Assembly (NCBI GenBank): GCA_049320885.1
Contig: JBMORA010000012.1
Coordinates: 32,001-96,000, forward strand
From: Thermodesulfobacteriota bacterium
GTDB taxonomy: Bacteria; Desulfobacterota; Desulfobacteria; Desulfobacterales; SURF-7
DNA length: 64,000 nt
Reading direction: 5' to 3'
Position numbers and translations under genes: made by a program. The notes beneath the pieces are model-generated. The model made no database searches, was not told the DNA's origin, and saw only the letters and a program-made list of their open reading frames with translations. This document shows, in pieces, positions 58,790-64,000 of the stretch; positions within the stretch are counted from its first letter, which is position 1, and every line of letters starts with the position of its first letter.

Positions 58790-60327
58790 AGAGCCATATG
58801 CTGATGCCGGCAGTTTTCCTGCTTCTCCCGCTAACGGCCTGCTTCAATGAAAAAGCGGTGATGGAGGAGATGGACCGGTATGCCCCTCCGGCGGTATATG
58901 GAGTGGCCCGGGCCGCCGCCACACCCGGGAGACCTTTGCCGGACAACGGTCTTCGCAGGGAGGACGATTTTTCCCGACAGCGGGAAGCGCTTCTTGCAAT
59001 GAAACAGTCGGCGGAAAGCGCTCAGTCGCGACCGGACAGGGAAGGGAGCTTCTATGTTCCGGAGCCCGGTCGCCTGGAAGCCCTGGCGCCTTCCCTGGAT
59101 GATCCGGAAGCTTCGGGAAAGATGCTGGCCGGCGATTTTCCCCTGGCGGATCTCGAGCTCCTGGCCTGGGGCCGGAATCCCATGATCAAAGCAGCGGAAA
59201 ACGGTTTCCGGGCCGCCCTGGAGTCCTACGATCAGGTTGCCGGTCTCGATGAGATCCTGGACCAATACGCCGCCTTCACCGCCGGTTCCATGGTCTTCCC
59301 GAAAACCCGGGAGGAAATGGGCGCCATGGACCGGCAATTTCCCTTTCCCGGCATTACGGCCCTCAAGGGCCGTATCGTCACGGCCGATATCGCCGCGGCC
59401 CGGCAGGACCTGGAAATCGCCCGGCGCAGGGCCATCACCGAAACGCGGAGGCTCTACTGGGATCTGGTTTACAACCGCAAAGCCGTTGAGATCATTTCCC
59501 AGACCCTGGTCCTGCTGGACGGATTCGAGGCTTCCACCCGGAAACGCTATGCCAGCGGCCGGGCTTTTCTGCGGGAGCCTGTCATGCTCCGCATCCGCAA
59601 GGAGAAGTTGAAGGAAAAACAAATCAGCCTGATCGAAAACGGCCGCAGCCTGGAAGCGCGTCTGAAAGCGCTGCTGCTGCTGCCCGGCGAGGCTGTCATC
59701 GGGCAGCCTGCCGGCCGGGAAGGACGCCCGGAATTGCCCTCCCTGAAGGAACTGAACAGGCTGGCGGCGGTTCACCGTCAGGAACTGATCCGGATGCGCA
59801 GCATGATCGCCCGGATGGAATGGATGATCGAGATGGGCGAGACCGACATCTATCCGGGATTTTCACCGGCCGCCTCTTTTTCCGGAATGGACGGGACGGA
59901 GCGCCCGGCGGTAGATCGAATCCAGGCCGCCATGGACATCGGACTGCCGCTGAAGCCGTTCACCGGCCTGTCCGACGCCTATCTGCGGGAGACGCGTCAG
60001 CGGCTCGAAGCCCTGCGCCGGGAACTGGAAGGTCTCACGGCAGATACCGTGGCCGATGTCCGGGAAGGCTGGACCGCGGCGGACCGGGCCAAACGGGAGG
60101 AACAGCTGTACCGGGAGAAGTTGTCCGAACTCTCGCGCCTGAACTACCTTGCTTCCCTGAGGGCCTATGAAAGCGGGGAGCTTTCCTTTGCCGAAACCGT
60201 CGAGGCCTTGCTGCTGGAATTGTCGGTCAGGCTGGCAGGAGAGAAACGCCGGGCGGAATTGCACATAGCCGTGGCGGAACTCAAGGCCGCAGTGGGTTTT
60301 TCCTGGCCGGAAAACCGGAAAAGATAA
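58786..60327 (+). CDS. TolC-family outer-membrane efflux lipoprotein (2)
   Basis: Lipobox LTAC; QFPFPG, YASG and YESG OEP repeat features; ATGA overlap with TolC-1. Confidence 0.8.
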   Translation: MKSHMLMPAVFLLLPLTACFNEKAVMEEMDRYAPPAVYGVARAAATPGRPLPDNGLRREDDFSRQREALLAMKQSAESAQSRPDREGSFYVPEPGRLEALAPSLDDPEASGKMLAGDFPLADLELLAWGRNPMIKAAENGFRAALESYDQVAGLDEILDQYAAFTAGSMVFPKTREEMGAMDRQFPFPGITALKGRIVTADIAAARQDLEIARRRAITETRRLYWDLVYNRKAVEIISQTLVLLDGFEASTRKRYASGRAFLREPVMLRIRKEKLKEKQISLIENGRSLEARLKALLLLPGEAVIGQPAGREGRPELPSLKELNRLAAVHRQELIRMRSMIARMEWMIEMGETDIYPGFSPAASFSGMDGTERPAVDRIQAAMDIGLPLKPFTGLSDAYLRETRQRLEALRRELEGLTADTVADVREGWTAADRAKREEQLYREKLSELSRLNYLASLRAYESGELSFAETVEALLLELSVRLAGEKRRAELHIAVAELKAAVGFSWPENRKR

Positions 60328-60337
60328 GGGGGCTGTC

Positions 60338-61705
60338 ATGTTCGATTCTATTTTCCGTGAATCCTCGGGCCGATTATCCCGCCGACAGGTTGTGGCCGCC
60401 CTGGTGGCGCTGGTGGTGCTCGCCGGCGCGATTTATCTTCTGGCGCGGCCGGGGGGAAACGGCGGCGGAACCGGAGGCACCCCCGGACGGAAAACCGGGG
60501 AGCGCACCATCCTTTTCTACCGCAATCCCATGAATCCCGCCATCACCTCGCCCACGCCGGCCAAGGATGAAATGGGTATGGACTATCTTCCGGTATATGA
60601 GGACGAAGGCAATGCGCCGCCGAAAAGCATGGAGCAGGAGGTGGAGGACTTTTTCGCCGAGGAGGATGGTGCCGGGGGCGGAGCGGTGGAGGGACTGGTG
60701 CCCGTGGTGTTGTCGGCCCGGGCCACGGCCATGGCCGGTGTCCGGACGGCGCCGGCCGTATCCGGTCCCATTTATGGAAATATCCGCACCGTGGGGCGGG
60801 TGATGGCCGATGAACGCCTGGTCCGCCAGGTCCAGACCCGGGCCGCCGGCTGGGTGGAACAGCTGGTTGTCCAATCCGCCGGGCAGATGGTGGAAAAGGG
60901 GGCGCCGATTCTCTCCCTCTACTCGCCGGAATTGTTTTCCAGCCAGGAGGAATTTCTCCAGGCCGGGGATACGGCCCGGAAACTGGCGAAATCCCCTGAT
61001 CCGGAAACCCGGAAATTCGGTCGGGGATTGGAGCAGGCCGCCATTCAACGCCTGAAACTGTTCGATGTCCCGGAAGCCTTCATCGCGGAACTGGCCGAAA
61101 AACGGCAACCCGTGCGGGCCGTCACCCTGGTGGCGCCCCTGTCCGGTTTTGTCATGTTGAAGGAGGTGTTCGCGGGGCAGCAGGTTTCGCCCGGGATGCT
61201 GTTGTTCGAGATCACCGATCTTTCCCGCATCTGGGTGGAGGCCGATTTCTACGAATCGGACGGCACGGCCCTGAAATCGGGGCAGGAAGCCGTGATCCGG
61301 TCGCCCTATGATCCGGCCCTGGAGCTGACCGGCCGGGTGGACCTGGTCTATCCGTTCCTGGATCCGGAAAGCCGTACCATCAAGGTCCGGCTGGAATTTC
61401 CCAACGAGTCCCTGGCGCTGAAGCCCGGCATGTACGTGGACGTGGACCTGCGCCTGGACTTCGGCCCCGGCATTTCGATCCCGGAGTCGGCGGTGCTGGA
61501 CTCCGGTACGCGCAAGGTGGTTTTCATCGACAAAGGGAACGGGCGTTTCGAGCCCCGCGAAGTGGTGCCGGGAGCGCGCAGCAACGGCGGCATCCAGATC
61601 CTGAAAGGCGTGGCGCCAGGGGAAAGGGTGGCCGTGACCGCCAATTTCCTGCTGGATTCGGAGTCGCGGCTCCAGGCGGTGATTCAGGAAATGATGAAGA
61701 AATAA
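60338..61705 (+). CDS. cusB: CusB-like RND periplasmic adaptor with Met-rich metal-binding motif
   Basis: YRNPMNP....P.KDEMGMDYLPVY, YSPEL, LKPGMY, FLLDSESRL. Confidence 0.9.
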   Translation: MFDSIFRESSGRLSRRQVVAALVALVVLAGAIYLLARPGGNGGGTGGTPGRKTGERTILFYRNPMNPAITSPTPAKDEMGMDYLPVYEDEGNAPPKSMEQEVEDFFAEEDGAGGGAVEGLVPVVLSARATAMAGVRTAPAVSGPIYGNIRTVGRVMADERLVRQVQTRAAGWVEQLVVQSAGQMVEKGAPILSLYSPELFSSQEEFLQAGDTARKLAKSPDPETRKFGRGLEQAAIQRLKLFDVPEAFIAELAEKRQPVRAVTLVAPLSGFVMLKEVFAGQQVSPGMLLFEITDLSRIWVEADFYESDGTALKSGQEAVIRSPYDPALELTGRVDLVYPFLDPESRTIKVRLEFPNESLALKPGMYVDVDLRLDFGPGISIPESAVLDSGTRKVVFIDKGNGRFEPREVVPGARSNGGIQILKGVAPGERVAVTANFLLDSESRLQAVIQEMMKK

Positions 61706-61728
61706 GACAATAATTCAGGTATGCCGAT

Positions 61729-64000
61729 ATGATCCAACGAATCATCGATTTCTCAGGACGGAACCGCTTTCTCGTTCTCCTGCTGATGCTGGCGGTGGGG
61801 GGCGTGTCGATCCATATCCTGAACAATATCCGGCTGGACGCCCTGCCCGATCTGTCCGACACCCAGGTGATCATCTTTTCGCGCTGGGACCGTTCCCCGG
61901 ACATCATCGAAGATCAGCTGACCTATCCCATCGTCACGGCGCTCCTCGGCGCCCCCCGTGTCAAGGCCATCCGGGGCTTCTCGGATTTCGGCTATTCCTA
62001 TGTGTATGTGATCTTCGAGGACGGCACGGATATGTACTGGGCCCGTTCGCGGGTGCTGGAATACCTGGCCAAGATTCAGCCGCGGCTGCCCCAGGGGGTT
62101 GCAACCGAGCTGGGGCCGGACGCCAGCGGCGTGGGCTGGGTGTTCCAGTACGCCCTGCGCGATGAATCCGGCGCCCATTCCCTGTACGAACTCCGTTCCC
62201 ATCAGGACTGGACCCTGCGGTACGCCCTGCAGTCCGTGCCGGGGGTGGCGGAGGTGGCCTCCATCGGCGGATATGTAAAGCAGTATCAGATCACGGCGGA
62301 TCCCAACCGTCTTGCGGCCTACGGGCTGTCCCTGGATCAGGTCATGGAGGCCGTCCGGTCATCCAACAACGAGGTGGGCGGCCGCCTGATCGAATGGAGC
62401 GGCCGGGAATACATGGTGCGGGGCCGGGGATACAGCCGGCGGCCGGCGGATTTGGAGGCCGTTGTTCTGAAAACCACTCCCGGCGGGGTGCCGGTTCTGC
62501 TGAAGGACGTGGCCCGGGTGGAATTCGGACCGGAAATCCGGCGGGGGGTCGCCGATTTGGATGGCGAGGGCGACACGGTGGGCGGCATCGTGATCATGCG
62601 TCACGGTGAAAACGCCCTGAACGTCATCAATCGGGTCAAGGAAAAGCTCAAGGAACTGGAGCCTGCCCTGCCGGAAGGGGTCCGGTTCGTCTTCACCTAC
62701 GACCGGTCCGATCTGATCCTCCGGGCCTTGAACACCCTGCGGCACGAACTCGTGCTGGAGATGATCGTGGTTTCCGCAGTCATTCTGATCTTTCTCTGGC
62801 ATATTCCTTCCGCCGTGGTGCCCATCGTCACCATCCCGGTTTCCGTGCTGTTCGCCTTCATCCCCATGTACTATTTCGGGGTGACGGTGAACATCATGTC
62901 CCTGGCCGGCATCGCCATATCCATCGGGGTCCTGGTGGACGGCGCCATCGTCGAGGTGGAGAACGCCTACAACAAGATCTATCACTGGCAGGCCGGGGGC
63001 CGCAAAGGCGATTTTTTCGAGGTGCGTCTTTCGGCCCTCAAGGAAGTGGGGCCGTCGGTGTTTTTCTCCCTGCTGGTGATCGCCGTGGCCTTTCTGCCGG
63101 TGTTCGCCCTGGTGGACCAGGAGGGCCGGCTGTTCAAGCCCCTGGCCTATTCCAAAAACCTGGCCATGGCCATTGCCGCCATCCTGGCCATAACCCTCGA
63201 TCCGGCCATGCGGATGCTCTTCGCCCGCATCGATCCCTACGATTTCCGGCCAGCCTGGCTGTCCCGGCTGGCCACCCACTTCCTGGTGGGGACCTACCAG
63301 CCCGAGGAACGCCATCCGGTGAGCCGGGCCGTGTTCCGGGCCTATGAACCGGTCTGCCGCTGGGTTTTGCGCCGTCCCCGGACGATTGTCGCTGCTTCGG
63401 CATTGCTCGTGGCCGTGAGCATCCCGGTCTATTTTCAACTGGGCTCGGAATTCATGCCGCCCCTGCGGGAAGGGTCGCTGCTGTTCATGCCCACCACCCT
63501 GCCCGGCATTTCCGTCACCGAAAGCCAGCGCATTCTCCACATCCAGGACCGGATCCTGCGGTCCTTTCCGGAGGTGGAACGGGTCTTCGGCAAGGCCGGC
63601 CGGGCCGACACGTCCACGGACCCGGCGCCCTTCTCCATGATGGAAACCACCATCGTGCTGAAGCCGGAAAACGAGTGGCGCACAAAACCCAGGTGGTATA
63701 CGTCCTTTGCCCCGGAATGGCTTCGCTCCCTGCTGGGCGTCTTCTGGCCGGACCGGATCACCTATGAGGAACTCCTGGCGGAAATGGACGAGAAACTCGT
63801 CCTGCCCGGGGTGTCCAGCCGGGGGGCCATGACCATGCCCATCAAGGCCCGCATCGACATGCTCACCACCGGCGTGCGCAGTCCCGTGGGCATCAAGATT
63901 TTCGGCGCCGATCTTACGGAAATCGAACGCATCGGGGAGCGCATCGAGGCGGTCATCAAGGACATCCCCGGCACCACCAGCGTTTTCGCCGAGCGCACCG
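61729..64000 (+). CDS. cusA: CusA/CzcA heavy-metal efflux RND transporter (runs off the window)
   Basis: Hand translation gives MIQRIIDFSGRNRF...LDALPDLSDTQVI..EDQLTYP..YWARSRVLEYL; later GSEFMPPL.EG, TDPAP.SMME; absent from the ORF track because it has no stop codon in the window. Confidence 0.95.
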   Translation, partial: MIQRIIDFSGRNRFLVLLLMLAVGGVSIHILNNIRLDALPDLSDTQVIIFSRWDRSPDIIEDQLTYPIVTALLGAPRVKAIRGFSDFGYSYVYVIFEDGTDMYWARSRVLEYLAKIQPRLPQGVATELGPDASGVGWVFQYALRDESGAHSLYELRSHQDWTLRYALQSVPGVAEVASIGGYVKQYQITADPNRLAAYGLSLDQVMEAVRSSNNEVGGRLIEWSGREYMVRGRGYSRRPADLEAVVLKTTPGGVPVLLKDVARVEFGPEIRRGVADLDGEGDTVGGIVIMRHGENALNVINRVKEKLKELEPALPEGVRFVFTYDRSDLILRALNTLRHELVLEMIVVSAVILIFLWHIPSAVVPIVTIPVSVLFAFIPMYYFGVTVNIMSLAGIAISIGVLVDGAIVEVENAYNKIYHWQAGGRKGDFFEVRLSALKEVGPSVFFSLLVIAVAFLPVFALVDQEGRLFKPLAYSKNLAMAIAAILAITLDPAMRMLFARIDPYDFRPAWLSRLATHFLVGTYQPEERHPVSRAVFRAYEPVCRWVLRRPRTIVAASALLVAVSIPVYFQLGSEFMPPLREGSLLFMPTTLPGISVTESQRILHIQDRILRSFPEVERVFGKAGRADTSTDPAPFSMMETTIVLKPENEWRTKPRWYTSFAPEWLRSLLGVFWPDRITYEELLAEMDEKLVLPGVSSRGAMTMPIKARIDMLTTGVRSPVGIKIFGADLTEIERIGERIEAVIKDIPGTTSVFAERT

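Noticed and set aside
1..64000. Selenocysteine or pyrrolysine read-through, tRNAs, prophage or IS elements
   Set aside because: No gene appears split at an in-frame TGA or TAG with homology continuing, and no tRNA cloverleaf, transposase, integrase or phage gene was recognised by eye

Overview
A GC-rich (~60%) bacterial chromosomal segment whose gene content and order resemble a Desulfobacterales-like deltaproteobacterium (inference). The left third is mostly housekeeping: nnr (partial), tsaE, lysC, a mlaE-F-D-C-A lipid transport operon, cinA, pilD, lon, tsaB, psd, leuB, greA, rpoZ, ttcA, folE2, dacB and dtd. The rest is accessory. It holds an orphan flgE paralog, a TetR/outer-membrane protein/lipoprotein operon divergent from a large Tat-exported phosphodiesterase, a TorF-like porin, a Tat Fe-SOD, a MacAB-type exporter, a NrtA-like ABC importer, a cold-shock gene, an acyl-CoA dehydrogenase/TetR pair, a SpoIIE phosphatase and a Cus-type efflux operon with two TolC genes (cusA runs off the right edge). 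Four B12-binding radical SAM genes are scattered across the window. I found no tRNA, rRNA, CRISPR array, integrase or transposase. The most notable observations are: (1) MlaF is fused to a degenerate GGDEF domain that keeps the RxxD c-di-GMP-binding site, in an operon lacking mlaB and headed by an uncalled 31-aa membrane peptide; (2) a near-identical 18-bp direct-repeat box lies upstream of two divergent B12-radical SAM genes 14 kb apart; (3) the orphan flgE has a sigma28-type promoter; (4) three sigma54-type promoters are visible, one in front of a small uncharacterised ORF. All family assignments come from motif recognition by eye, not from database searches.
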